From: Candidatus Poseidoniaceae archaeon
GTDB lineage: Archaea > Thermoplasmatota > Poseidoniia > Poseidoniales > Poseidoniaceae
DNA: 64,000 nt
Assembly (NCBI GenBank): GCA_038125145.1
Contig: JAYPDK010000001.1
Coordinates: 4,368 to 68,367, forward strand
Reading direction: 5' to 3'
The notes below the pieces were generated by a model. It made no database searches. It was given only the letters and a program-made list of their open reading frames with translations, and was not told the DNA's origin. The translations under genes and the position numbers were made by a program. Shown here piece by piece: positions 50,186 to 60,362 of the stretch; position 1 is the first letter of the stretch, and each line of letters begins with the position of its first letter.

Positions 50186-51193
50186 TCATTGGCCGTCGAG
50201 CCCGAGGTTCGCGTACCGGTGCTGCACGACCACAGGAACGGCGATCAATGCCCCAAGGACGGCCATCATCACAAGCGCCACCGTGGCGGAGGGCATGATG
50301 AACGAACGTGGCGTGGCCGCCACGGCGACATCCGCGTACACAATCGCTTCGGGCGCCTCCATGTCCGCCCCATGCCCGTTGTCCCAGGTGTCGATGACGA
50401 GGTGGAAGGAATCCCACGATTCACCCTCAACGAACGAGGTACGAACTTCAGGCCGGTCCAACGACAGGCTGAAACTAACGCCGTCCACGCCTTCGTACGC
50501 GTGGACGTCACGGTAGGTCGTCCAACCGAGCGGATCGTATCGTCGCAACTCAGGAGCACGCTCCGAGAGCAATTCGCCTACGCCGGAGTCCCACCACCAC
50601 CCGCCGCCATGGGCGTTCTGGTAGGAGGTGCGGTACCTGTCAAATTCGGCGTCCGTGAGCAGGTACACATCGGCGTTCACGGGGACGATCTGACCCTCGG
50701 CATCGACCCCCGTCAACGACACACAGAAGGTGGTTCGATGCTCTGCAGAGAGGTTGAGCCTCAGCACGCCAGCGCTGTCGTTGCCCACCCCCATCAGCGT
50801 GGTCAGCGATGTGGTGAGCGGCGAGATTCGGTTGCCCTGCCCCCAGGCTGTCATCCAATCCTCTTCCGGGTGAAGGGACGGGTCAAGCCCCACGCCAGCA
50901 TCCTTCGAATCGCTTGACACAGCGACGTCTTCGTCAAACCACACCTCGTTGTATGGGGAGTAATACCCCGTCATCGCCGGGGTGAGCGCCAGCCTCTCCA
51001 CGGTTGCGTTCCACCGAGGCTCAGCAAGGTCACTCCCGCATGCTTCGACGCCGACCGCCGCGACGCTGCTGGGAACGACGACCATCGCGACCACGAAGGG
51101 AGAGAGCAGCAACCACATGCCGAGGGCCCCACGGATGCGACGCTTCGACCCCATGGGCGTCGATGTGCAGGCGAGGCCTTTGGACATGACCAT
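50186..51193 (-). CDS. Hypothetical exported protein with C-terminal membrane anchor
   Basis: Signal-like N-terminus, acidic beta-rich body, C-terminal TM; TGATG overlap with the upstream PKD protease gene. Confidence 0.6.
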   Translation of the reverse strand: MVMSKGLACTSTPMGSKRRIRGALGMWLLLSPFVVAMVVVPSSVAAVGVEACGSDLAEPRWNATVERLALTPAMTGYYSPYNEVWFDEDVAVSSDSKDAGVGLDPSLHPEEDWMTAWGQGNRISPLTTSLTTLMGVGNDSAGVLRLNLSAEHRTTFCVSLTGVDAEGQIVPVNADVYLLTDAEFDRYRTSYQNAHGGGWWWDSGVGELLSERAPELRRYDPLGWTTYRDVHAYEGVDGVSFSLSLDRPEVRTSFVEGESWDSFHLVIDTWDNGHGADMEAPEAIVYADVAVAATPRSFIMPSATVALVMMAVLGALIAVPVVVQHRYANLGLDGQ

Positions 51194-54100
51194 CAACGTC
51201 GCCTGAGGGGCCGGATGTACCCGCTGGCCTCGTCCCGTCGTTCCTCTTTGCGCAAGATTCGAGGCGCGGGCGGGGCTTTGTGATCGTCGATGCCCATCAT
51301 CCCGTTGACCTCCACGCGCTCCACGTCGGCGTACGCCTCAGCGCCCTTGGTCGCCTCCTCTTCGTCCTCCGTCGGCGTCCTCATGACGAACCAACCGAGG
51401 ATCAAGGCCGTCATGACCAACGCGAGGAACACCGCTGCGTCTGCCCCGAGGGAGCGGAACCAGGCTGCCCAGTCCTCGCGGGAGAAATCAGAGAGGGAGG
51501 GAGGCAGCGTTGCCTCTGGTGCGACCTCAACATCGACATCTCGGCTGTCGCACTGGCCCGTTTTGTCGCACGCCACGATTCGAACCGTGTAGCGGCCGGG
51601 CGATTCCCAGAGGCCGAAGGTGCGGAACGAATCCTCCGACAAGGGATCAACCCAGTCGTTGGTGGGATCGCCGTCGTTGTTCTGGTCGGTGTCAAGGTCA
51701 AAATCCCATTTCACGGTCACGCCGGACATGATCAGGGTGTCACAATCTTCCATCGAGCCGTCGTTCACGTCGTCGTCCCGGCACAGCGAGCCATCTTCGT
51801 CAAATTCTGCCCAGGTGACAATCACGTCGAGGTTCTCCCCAACTCCGGCGATGGCGTCGTCAGGCGTGAGGACGAGGTCGATCGTCGGCGCCGCTTCGAC
51901 ATGAACGGTGAAGCGGGCGCGCGTCACATCGCCGGTCAAGTGGCCGTCACGGACGGTCAGCGTGACCGTGTAGATGCCGGGCTCTGCGTAAGCGTGCCAC
52001 GGTGATGCGTCGTGCACCAAAGCGCTTCCATCGCCGAAGTCCCACACGTAATCCACGAGGCCGTTCCAATCCGGCGAGGACGGCTCAAGGGGAACGAGCC
52101 GCCCCTCGAAGCGGGCATCACCGTCCCTGGTGCCGTCGGAATCGAAGTACAGCAGGGTTCCGGGGATAGCGTACGTGTCACCGTCGTTGCCAAACGTGCG
52201 CCGAAGCACCGTCGTTCCGGCATCGCCGTTGAATGGCGTGGAGACGTCGATGATGCTCCCGTTGAGCCATGCTTCAAGGATGCGAACTTCGATGATGGGC
52301 GCGGGATTGATCACGTCGAAACTGACCGTCCGTGGTGCGCTTTCGGTGCCGTCTGCGTCGACGACGACCAAGGTGACCCGATGGGTTCCGGGCGTTGTGA
52401 AGGAAAACCGAGGCTGAACCACCTCTTGGAACGTGCCGTCTGGGAAGGACCAATTGAAGGTCAGGTCGCTGACATCACCGACCAGCCCGTCCGGGTCGCT
52501 GCTTGAACGGGCATCGAAGATGTAAGGGACATCCGGAAGGATGCTTGTGGAGAGCAGGTCGAGGGAGACCGTCGAGGATGCTTCACGAACGGTGAACGAC
52601 GCTGTCGGCCGTTGGTTCTCGACAATCACGGCGAGGACCGCCGTCGAGGCACCACCGTCGTCGTCCACAACGTCGACCTGCACAGTGTAGTTCCCGGCGC
52701 GTTCCCAAGCCACGGTCGGTTGCGAGGTCCCGGCGGAGACGGTGTTGAAATCGGATTCACGGTCGACCGGGCCCGTCCCGAGATGGACGCCGCCCGGGAA
52801 CGACCAACTCCACGTTGTGATGGTCCCGTCAAGGTCTTCGAACACCAGCGGCATCACGGTGGGGGTTTGCGTGACGGTACGAATGGGGCCAGCCTCAATC
52901 TGGACGGGCAATCGGTTGTTCACGACGACGGTCAGGTTGAGCACCCCGGTGTTCACGCCGTCAAACACCGTGAGCATGAGGTCGAAGGTCTCGTTGGACC
53001 CGTCGATGTCCGTCCAGGCGTGGTCCGCGCTATAGAGCCCCAAGCCGCTGTCTTGCGAGCCGTCACCCCAGTCCCATGTGAACTCGAGAAGGGGGGTGGG
53101 CACGTTGTCGGTGGTCCTTCCAGCAGAGAACAAAATGCGTTGATCCACCATCACGCTGATGCTTGCGCCAAGCACCTGATTGTTGATGGCGAGCACAGGC
53201 GTGGGCTCGGTATCGTCCACCACGGTGATGTTCATCACGTCCGTGGCCGACCATCGCCCTCCAATGTCCCGGACACGCAGGCTAATGTTGTACTCGCCGA
53301 GGAGTTCGTACGCACGGACCGGGGATTTCAGACCGCTCGTTTCGCCGTCCCCGAAGTCCCAAGCGTAGGCCACAGGCGCGTCAAAGTAAGGCAGCGTGTT
53401 GTTTTCCAGGGACAAGCCCCATGCATCGAAGCCGTCGCCGGCGAAGGCGACGTCGTTCCACGACAGCGTCCTGTTGGAGGAGATGTTGCCATCGGCAACA
53501 GGGGCCATGTTTGACAGGTTGACCACGCCGCTCGTGACCGCATCCACACGGCTACCGAGCACGTCACGCATGGTGAGGTCGAAGCTGTACAACCCGTCCA
53601 TGTTTGGCGTGAACCAGACAGAAGAGGTGACGGCCTCCCCACCCCCAGCATCAACCCGCGTGGTGAGGCCGTCCACGACGGCACCCGTACCATCCCGAAC
53701 GTTCACCTCAACGTCGAGGTCCTCGAAGAAGGCGTTGGAGAGCACATCAAAGTCCACCTGTACGGTATCGGCAAGGCCATCGCCGTCACGGTCCGAGGTG
53801 GTGATGTTACCGGTATCGATGGTCGCTGGCGAGGTGATCCGAGCGGCCTCAAGGTCGATGGTCCCGGTTGGATAACTCGGTCCGCAACTGGTGTAATCGC
53901 AGTCTGCGGCACTGCTCGCGAGCCAGACGATCACCCATACCTCGTCGGTGAGGTTCCCGAAGCCGGGCACCAGGCCAGTCGCAACCGAGGACGCGAAATT
54001 CAGGTCCGTCACCGTCAACAGCCCGTCGGAGGCTGCCCTCGTGACCACCACGCCATCAAAATCAGCCCGGTCACCTGTCACACGAAGGGTCAGGGGGGCG

Positions 54101-55392
54101 GGCGAAGCCGCGCCCGGGGTGAGTTTGAACGAACGGATGCCCCAGCCTTCCATGGTGTGCCCCGTGGTGGAGTACGGTTGCGACCAATCGCTGTTGGTGT
54201 CCGCGGGTTGTGCACGGCAGAAGCCCCCGCTCGAACACGCCGGGTTCAAATCGAGGTTTGAATACCCGTAGACGCCTTGGTCGGAATCCAACGTCACCGC
54301 GACAGAAAAGTTCGCGAAGACCTCCTCCATGGTGCGTCCGATCACCCCTGCGTTCCCGTTTGCTGGCGCGGCGGCCAACTTGGAAATCCCTGCACCGCCG
54401 GTGGCGCTGTCCTGCACCAATTGCCTCATCGCAGGGCCACCGCCGAGGTGGTCGACGAGGTACATCATGAGCATGAAACCCGCGCCGTAGTCTGCGTTTC
54501 GCTGATTCCACCAGCGTACGGAGAGTTCGCTGGCTTGTGTCCATCCGTTCACGTGCCCGCGAAGCGTGCTGTCCGCGCCGAAGCAGAGGTAGATGGCCAC
54601 GTCCGCGTTGCCTTCGTCGATGTACAGGTTTTCGTACGGGTCGAGCGCGTTATGGAGCAGGTGTTGGAGTTCGTGCGCGATGATGGAACGGCCCCACGTC
54701 AAGGTGATGTCCGCGTAGTCCACGAAGACCATCTCGCCTTGGGACGCGAGGCTCGGAGCAAAGTAGCCGCCAATGTTGTACTGGCCGTCGATGTCGTACA
54801 CGACGATTTCGACTTGGCAGTTGTTGTCGACGTCCGGCGGTGCGATGCCGCGGCCGTCGCCGTAATCCTTCCCGTAGTACGTGGTCAAGGTGGGATAGAT
54901 CGTCTGGTCCCACGTCGAGGCGAGGTTCTGCAGCACCGTCGAACTCAGCGTCCGACCCGTCTGAACCAGAAATGCGACGCTGGCCGTGGTCTTCGCGACG
55001 GTCACGGAAATGCTTCCTCCCGAGGAAGGGACGTTGAATTGGTCCCCGACCACGTGTTGGGTGCACGCGCGACCGGAGGTGCTTGAGGAGGATTCGACAA
55101 GCCCAGGGCGGCCGGCTTCGACCCATTGTTGGCGCAGGAAGGGGGTCGCCGACACCACAGGTTCGGATTCGTCAATGAGCAGGTACGGTCGGGCAAAGTC
55201 CCCTGTAAATCCATCAAGGGATGCAGCCTCAACCCACTCGTCGGGCAGGCTTTCCGACGGTTGAGATTCTGAAGGCGGCTCGTTCCCTTCCGCGGGTGAA
55301 GCAGCAACGGTCGGCATCACCGTGGTGGAGAGCAGCATGAGCATGGCCAGAGCCAGAGCCTTGTAGGAACGAGTGGAGCAGGATTCAGACAT
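51193..55392 (-). CDS. Large surface-anchored zinc metalloprotease (M30/M6-like) with multiple PKD domains
   Basis: Signal peptide; GYF...IIAHELQH...YIDEG; repeated WDFGDG/WDWGDG/WSFPDG PKD motifs; DxDxDG Ca-binding motifs; C-terminal TM. Confidence 0.85.
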   Translation of the reverse strand: MSESCSTRSYKALALAMLMLLSTTVMPTVAASPAEGNEPPSESQPSESLPDEWVEAASLDGFTGDFARPYLLIDESEPVVSATPFLRQQWVEAGRPGLVESSSSTSGRACTQHVVGDQFNVPSSGGSISVTVAKTTASVAFLVQTGRTLSSTVLQNLASTWDQTIYPTLTTYYGKDYGDGRGIAPPDVDNNCQVEIVVYDIDGQYNIGGYFAPSLASQGEMVFVDYADITLTWGRSIIAHELQHLLHNALDPYENLYIDEGNADVAIYLCFGADSTLRGHVNGWTQASELSVRWWNQRNADYGAGFMLMMYLVDHLGGGPAMRQLVQDSATGGAGISKLAAAPANGNAGVIGRTMEEVFANFSVAVTLDSDQGVYGYSNLDLNPACSSGGFCRAQPADTNSDWSQPYSTTGHTMEGWGIRSFKLTPGAASPAPLTLRVTGDRADFDGVVVTRAASDGLLTVTDLNFASSVATGLVPGFGNLTDEVWVIVWLASSAADCDYTSCGPSYPTGTIDLEAARITSPATIDTGNITTSDRDGDGLADTVQVDFDVLSNAFFEDLDVEVNVRDGTGAVVDGLTTRVDAGGGEAVTSSVWFTPNMDGLYSFDLTMRDVLGSRVDAVTSGVVNLSNMAPVADGNISSNRTLSWNDVAFAGDGFDAWGLSLENNTLPYFDAPVAYAWDFGDGETSGLKSPVRAYELLGEYNISLRVRDIGGRWSATDVMNITVVDDTEPTPVLAINNQVLGASISVMVDQRILFSAGRTTDNVPTPLLEFTWDWGDGSQDSGLGLYSADHAWTDIDGSNETFDLMLTVFDGVNTGVLNLTVVVNNRLPVQIEAGPIRTVTQTPTVMPLVFEDLDGTITTWSWSFPGGVHLGTGPVDRESDFNTVSAGTSQPTVAWERAGNYTVQVDVVDDDGGASTAVLAVIVENQRPTASFTVREASSTVSLDLLSTSILPDVPYIFDARSSSDPDGLVGDVSDLTFNWSFPDGTFQEVVQPRFSFTTPGTHRVTLVVVDADGTESAPRTVSFDVINPAPIIEVRILEAWLNGSIIDVSTPFNGDAGTTVLRRTFGNDGDTYAIPGTLLYFDSDGTRDGDARFEGRLVPLEPSSPDWNGLVDYVWDFGDGSALVHDASPWHAYAEPGIYTVTLTVRDGHLTGDVTRARFTVHVEAAPTIDLVLTPDDAIAGVGENLDVIVTWAEFDEDGSLCRDDDVNDGSMEDCDTLIMSGVTVKWDFDLDTDQNNDGDPTNDWVDPLSEDSFRTFGLWESPGRYTVRIVACDKTGQCDSRDVDVEVAPEATLPPSLSDFSREDWAAWFRSLGADAAVFLALVMTALILGWFVMRTPTEDEEEATKGAEAYADVERVEVNGMMGIDDHKAPPAPRILRKEERRDEASGYIRPLRRR

Positions 55393-55480
55393 GTCCACAA
55401 CCACCGAATCGCCACACTGCGACGACATCAAGACCTCCCCGAGTATGGTATTTAAGCGTGGGCAGGCCACGCGTCACGGC

Positions 55481-56662
55481 ATGCTCCGCAGGCTTGTTCC
55501 CGTCCTGCTCTTGCTGATGCTTCCACACGTGGGGGCTACAGTTCCAGACAGGGAGACCTTGTGCACGGCTTGGCCAGACCTCGTGAGCGACGGTGATCGC
55601 ATGAACGAAAGCATTGCTTGGCAGGTCAGCCTTGGCCCGCGGTTGCCGGACAGCGTTGCCTCGAAGGCGTTGCTGGCTTCCGTTGTCGAAAACAACAGTG
55701 GCTGGACGTTTCACCATGACGTTCATCCGTTCTTGAACGGCAGCATGACGAACCTCATCGCTCAGTACACGCCTTCGGGCGTTGCACGAACGGACCATAT
55801 CATCGCCCTCGGCGCCCACTACGACACGCGTGACCGAGCGGAACGAGAGGCGGAGGAAGCGAACCAAACCCAACCGATTCCCGGTGCGAACGACGGGGCA
55901 AGCGGCGTCGCCGTCGTGCTCGAGATGATGCGACTTGTCCCCGCCATGGACCTCCCCCACCCGGTCATGGTGGTGCTCTTCGATGCCGAAGACCAAGGGC
56001 CAATGCCGGGCTTGGAAGGGAGCCGTCGATGGGCGGACAACCTCTCGCAGGAGGAGATCGGAAGCATCGACGCCTTCCTGCTGCTCGACATGGTGGGCGA
56101 CGCGGACCTGAACCTCGCAAGGATCACCTCAAACTCGGATTCGGTTGCGGCCCCGATTCCTTCCCTTGCTGAAGCGGTTGGGCTGGTCGCAGGCACCACT
56201 GCGTGCGACGGCAGCGACGGCGAAGATGTCTACCAACACACAACGTCCACCAACATCATCGATGACCACATCAACACCCAAGCCGTCGGCATCCCTTCGG
56301 CCGTCATCATCGACCACCGGTACGGCGATGGCGCCACGCGCTTGGCCGATGGACACTGGCATACGCTGGGCGACACGCCGGACAAGGTCTCCGCGGAGAG
56401 CCTCGCGCACGTCGCGAGGTTGGTGGAACTCGGGCTTCGAACCGGCGCATGGCAAGCACCCGAGCCGATTGAGGAGGAACACACGACGACCGACATCAAC
56501 GACCTGACCAACGAGGCGGTCGTTGCAGCCCCTTTGCTCGCCCTTGTGGCTGTGTGGACCGCGCTGGGTCTGTTATCAACAGCCTTCGTGGCCTCCATCG
56601 TCGTGCTTCGGCGCCTGAGGGGCTCCACCTCAACGAACGGGGCATGGAGCTGGGACGGCTGA
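55481..56662 (+). CDS. M28-family peptidase (glutaminyl cyclase-like), exported, C-terminal TM
   Basis: GAHYDTR, GANDGASG, FDAED, LLDMVG, DDH, WHTLGD. Confidence 0.88.
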   Translation: MLRRLVPVLLLLMLPHVGATVPDRETLCTAWPDLVSDGDRMNESIAWQVSLGPRLPDSVASKALLASVVENNSGWTFHHDVHPFLNGSMTNLIAQYTPSGVARTDHIIALGAHYDTRDRAEREAEEANQTQPIPGANDGASGVAVVLEMMRLVPAMDLPHPVMVVLFDAEDQGPMPGLEGSRRWADNLSQEEIGSIDAFLLLDMVGDADLNLARITSNSDSVAAPIPSLAEAVGLVAGTTACDGSDGEDVYQHTTSTNIIDDHINTQAVGIPSAVIIDHRYGDGATRLADGHWHTLGDTPDKVSAESLAHVARLVELGLRTGAWQAPEPIEEEHTTTDINDLTNEAVVAAPLLALVAVWTALGLLSTAFVASIVVLRRLRGSTSTNGAWSWDG

Positions 56663-56713
56663 AGTCTGGATGGCGCGAAGTGTCATAGACAACGGCGGCA
56701 CGTCGGTCACCAG

Positions 56714-57592
56714 ATGGCTGACCCCCACCGTGAAGCCAAACTCGCAGCGCTCCGGGAGCGCGTGCGCGACCAACTCGACGGCGAGGATGAGATGGTGGTC
56801 TCAGCCTCGGACGTCGAGGCGGCGGTGGTGCTTCATCCGAGCAACAAGCGATTCATGGACCTCGCACAGTGGGACGGGGCGCTTGATGACGGCACCGTTG
56901 CCGGCCTCCGTCGGTTTGCATCGGTCGCCATCTTCCTTGGAAGCGCCCTTGGCATCCTTTCCGGCCTGTTGTTGCTGCAAGGAAACCCGGTGGATCTGCT
57001 GTCCACAGACCTGCTGTCAAGCGAACGGACGGTCGACCTTCGAATGCAGGTGCTTGAAGCCGAATCGGGTGCAGCGCTTGAGGATCTGACCATCGAATGG
57101 GTGGACCTTGAATCGGGGACAGTGCTGCGGTCGACGACCACAGACGGGTACGGGTGGTTTCACCTTGAAGCCGTCTTGACCGAAGCGAGGCTCCTCCGTG
57201 TAAGCGGTGATGGCTACACGACCGCAGAACTTGAACTGGTCCCGCAGTCCGCGGGGATGCCACCCATCACCCTCACGCCAGGGGACGGCGTGGAACGCAT
57301 GGTCCTCGACGGTGGCGAGGACAGGTGGACGCTCGATGATGCGGTTCGTCTCTCGACGACCATCGGCGTCCTGACGATTCTCTCTGGGGCGGTCGGTCTG
57401 ATGGCGGGTGTCGAAGTGCGTCGAGCAGGACGGTACCGACGAACGCAATACCTCGCAGGACTTGCTTTGTTCAGCCGAGGCCTCATCGTCTTCGGACCTG
57501 CCCTCATCCTCGCAGGGATGATTGCGACCTCCTTCGCCAAAAACCAGTTCGCCGACGTACGGGAGGGGCCGGATGTACCTGATTTCCGTTGA
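56714..57592 (+). CDS. Membrane protein with carboxypeptidase-regulatory-like beta-sandwich domain
   Basis: TM, then TTTDGYGWF...LRVSGDGY, then further TM segments. Confidence 0.6.
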   Translation: MADPHREAKLAALRERVRDQLDGEDEMVVSASDVEAAVVLHPSNKRFMDLAQWDGALDDGTVAGLRRFASVAIFLGSALGILSGLLLLQGNPVDLLSTDLLSSERTVDLRMQVLEAESGAALEDLTIEWVDLESGTVLRSTTTDGYGWFHLEAVLTEARLLRVSGDGYTTAELELVPQSAGMPPITLTPGDGVERMVLDGGEDRWTLDDAVRLSTTIGVLTILSGAVGLMAGVEVRRAGRYRRTQYLAGLALFSRGLIVFGPALILAGMIATSFAKNQFADVREGPDVPDFR

Positions 57593-58901
57593 AGGCGGGG
57601 ACGGTTCCGGGAAAGGCGAGGCCGTGCGCCTCCTCACCGAGATCCTCGCCACCTACCCCTTCACCGAGGTCTGTGCCACGCACGAGCCACGCCGCCATGC
57701 GGAAGCCGGACAGCGAGCGCTGGCGGCCGTTCAACGTGGCGACCTGAGCCCTGCTGAAGAAGCCGCGCTCTTTGCGGAGGACCGGCTGGACCACACCGCG
57801 AGTTGGATCCTTCCTCGCCTGCGGCAAAGTGCCGTGGTCGTCTCAGACCGGAACATTCACTCTTCCCTGGTGTACCAAGGGGTTGTTGGGGAACTCGGCC
57901 TCGACGAAGTTGCTGCGCTGAACGAGGGCGCCGCAGTCCCAGACCTTGTCGTCTGGGTGGATTGCGACCCTGAACGGGCCATTCGTCGCATCCAACAAGG
58001 AACGCTCCGGATGACCAGCGACAAACAGGAGTACTTCGAAACCACCGACATCCAACGCACCATCCGTGCAGGGTTCGCCGACCTGCTGTCGGGTGCCATC
58101 GCTCCTCCTCCCCCGTTTGACGCCGCCGTGATTGCAGGACCGATCCTCAACGAAGGAGGCTTGGACGAACTTGAGCGTGCCCTCCGCCGCACCGTTCGGG
58201 AGTTCATGCGTCAGCGACCTGCGCCACTGAACGTGGACATGGACGAGGTCGACCTCGCCCACATCGGACGCTTGGTGGACCGCATGAGCGCGCAGCAACG
58301 CCTACCCGGGCTGGCGAAAAGCGAGGAATCGGTGCTGCACGGCTGGCTCGCCGGGGCCTCACCAGCGACGTGGATGGAACGCGCCGAAGCATCGTGGCCG
58401 GAACGGTCTGCCGCCGAACGGGACGTCCCTGGCCGCTACACGGCCCGTTCCTCATGGTGCGTTCTCGGCACGCTCTCGCTGATGGGCGGGCCGTGCGACG
58501 TGCGGAGGTTGTTCCATGCCCTCGGCCCGGTCCGGTTCCTGTCCAAGAGGCATGTGAACAGGATGGTTCGATGGATGATCGACGAAGGGTGGATTTTCCG
58601 TCAACAGAACGAGGTCAAGTTCACGGAGGGACAGATGTTTCGCTTGAGCGAGGACCACCTTGCGCAGGGCCGGCTCGCGATGGCGATGTGGCCCGTTCGT
58701 GAACGCCTCGAAGCATGGCGTGAAGCGCACCCTACGTCGGCGTGGGCCGGCGCCCTTCACCACCTCATCGAGGAGGACGAGGCTGGCATGGAGGACGTGT
58801 TGAAGCGCCTCAGCCTCCTCTCGAGCGGCCACGTCGGCTGCCCAGCACCAGAGGACGTCGAGCAACTTGAGGCGTGGTGGAGGCTTGAGCCTCCGGCGTG
58901 A
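57573..58901 (+). CDS. tmk: Thymidylate kinase with a long C-terminal extension (winged-helix-like)
   Basis: ISVEGGDGSGK, THEP, LFAEDRLDH, VVSDRNIHSSLVYQG, PDLVVWVD; about 220 extra C-terminal residues. Confidence 0.85.
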   Translation: MYLISVEGGDGSGKGEAVRLLTEILATYPFTEVCATHEPRRHAEAGQRALAAVQRGDLSPAEEAALFAEDRLDHTASWILPRLRQSAVVVSDRNIHSSLVYQGVVGELGLDEVAALNEGAAVPDLVVWVDCDPERAIRRIQQGTLRMTSDKQEYFETTDIQRTIRAGFADLLSGAIAPPPPFDAAVIAGPILNEGGLDELERALRRTVREFMRQRPAPLNVDMDEVDLAHIGRLVDRMSAQQRLPGLAKSEESVLHGWLAGASPATWMERAEASWPERSAAERDVPGRYTARSSWCVLGTLSLMGGPCDVRRLFHALGPVRFLSKRHVNRMVRWMIDEGWIFRQQNEVKFTEGQMFRLSEDHLAQGRLAMAMWPVRERLEAWREAHPTSAWAGALHHLIEEDEAGMEDVLKRLSLLSSGHVGCPAPEDVEQLEAWWRLEPPA

Positions 58902-59648
58902 TCACTCCGCTTCCTGAACGGCGAAACGTGCTCCTCCGGGCAACGCGACCGAAGCGATGGTGGAAAGGTCGCCCGGGCGAGCGCTCAGCATCGCGCCCAT
59001 CAGCACGCCAAGGCCGAAACCAAAGGGCAGCCCGGTCACCATACGAAGCAACGCCGTCGACTCGTAAGCCGTCAGGAGTTGGACGAATCCATCGAGCCCG
59101 AGCGGCACCACGCACAAGGCTCCGAAGCCGTAGAAGGCAAGGGTGCGCCGCTGGTTCGCGTAGATGGCGTCCTGCCACGTCGATGGAAGGACCGAGAGCG
59201 TCGTATCGGTGATTGTCCATCGGTTCACCAGCCTTGAGCGAAGCAAGGCACCTGCGACGACCAGCCCGGCAAGGATCCCAATGTCCCTCACACACATGGG
59301 CATCTGGTTGCCGTTCACCTCCCAGGAACGTTCGTGGAGCATGTGGCAATTCAGGTCTCCAAAAGCGTACACCATGGCATGAGCGAGCGGTAGGTTGCTC
59401 CATGCAAAGGCCTCCTCAGCGACGACCACCTGCTGGGTATCGTGGTCAAGGTGAGGTTGATTTCCATAACTGAGCGGACCATCGATGGTCGCGTAATCGA
59501 TGGCGTTCGCCCGAGCACCAAGAGGAGGAACAGAGCCACTCGGTAGCGTCAGAGGAGCGACGACCATCGCCAGCAAGAGCCCGAGGCTGACGCAACACAG
59601 CATCGTTCCGACGCGTGCGGCGCGGGTCCCTCCATCGACTCGCGCCAT
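58902..59648 (-). CDS. DUF2085-like membrane protein
   Basis: GDLNCHMLHERSW...NQMPMCVRDIGI, PLGLDG...Q, LRMVTG. Confidence 0.8.
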   Translation of the reverse strand: MARVDGGTRAARVGTMLCCVSLGLLLAMVVAPLTLPSGSVPPLGARANAIDYATIDGPLSYGNQPHLDHDTQQVVVAEEAFAWSNLPLAHAMVYAFGDLNCHMLHERSWEVNGNQMPMCVRDIGILAGLVVAGALLRSRLVNRWTITDTTLSVLPSTWQDAIYANQRRTLAFYGFGALCVVPLGLDGFVQLLTAYESTALLRMVTGLPFGFGLGVLMGAMLSARPGDLSTIASVALPGGARFAVQEAE

Positions 59649-59722
59649 CCATAGATGCTCATTCTAGCGCTCAATGAACCTCTCGCCGGAAGGACGATGC
59701 CACACGCATCAATGGAACGTCG

Positions 59723-60322
59723 ATGGAGGCGAGGAGGAGCGAGGTGCTGTCCGGCGCCCTTCTTGGGGCCGGCTACGGGGCAACGGGAGCCTTCACCGCC
59801 TCGTTGATGGACGAACCCGCTCGTCTTGAGCGGCACCTCACCCTCACGCTGACGTCCTTCGCGCTGCTTCTCGTTTGCTTCTACATCCTGCTTCGACGGG
59901 CAGAGGCGGCTCGCCCGGTCGCCCTTCCTGCCTTGGATGTCCGGGGGACGCTGGCCAAGCACGATGAGGGGCGAGGGGCGTGGCGGCAGCTCAGCCACGT
60001 GCGCCAGGAAGCCGCCGGGTGGCGCGTGGACCTCCATGACCTTGAGCACGTTGAGGCCGTTGTCGACGACCTCGCAGAGATCGCCCAGCGGCACCACCTT
60101 CGTCTCGTCGTCGGGGACGGCACGGCACGCTCAGCCGACCCACGGCTCCGTCGCCGCGTCGAGGAACGGCTTCGGCTTCGGCTTGAACCAACACGCCTGC
60201 GCCACGGCCGAAGGACGTTGAGCACGCTGCCCACCGTCGCAATGCAACACGGAGGGAACCTCCGTCTCCCAACGCTGCTGATGACCCTCTCCATCGTCTT
60301 CGTCGGCCTGCTGTTGATGTGA
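59723..60322 (+). CDS. Membrane protein with a soluble Smr-like domain
   Basis: Two N-terminal TM segments, VDLHDL...LRLVVGDGT (Smr-like LDLHG...IITGxG), C-terminal TM. Confidence 0.5.
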   Translation: MEARRSEVLSGALLGAGYGATGAFTASLMDEPARLERHLTLTLTSFALLLVCFYILLRRAEAARPVALPALDVRGTLAKHDEGRGAWRQLSHVRQEAAGWRVDLHDLEHVEAVVDDLAEIAQRHHLRLVVGDGTARSADPRLRRRVEERLRLRLEPTRLRHGRRTLSTLPTVAMQHGGNLRLPTLLMTLSIVFVGLLLM

Positions 60323-60362
60323 GCCGAGCAAGGACCTTAGGGCAGCCGGCCCACCTTCAAGC

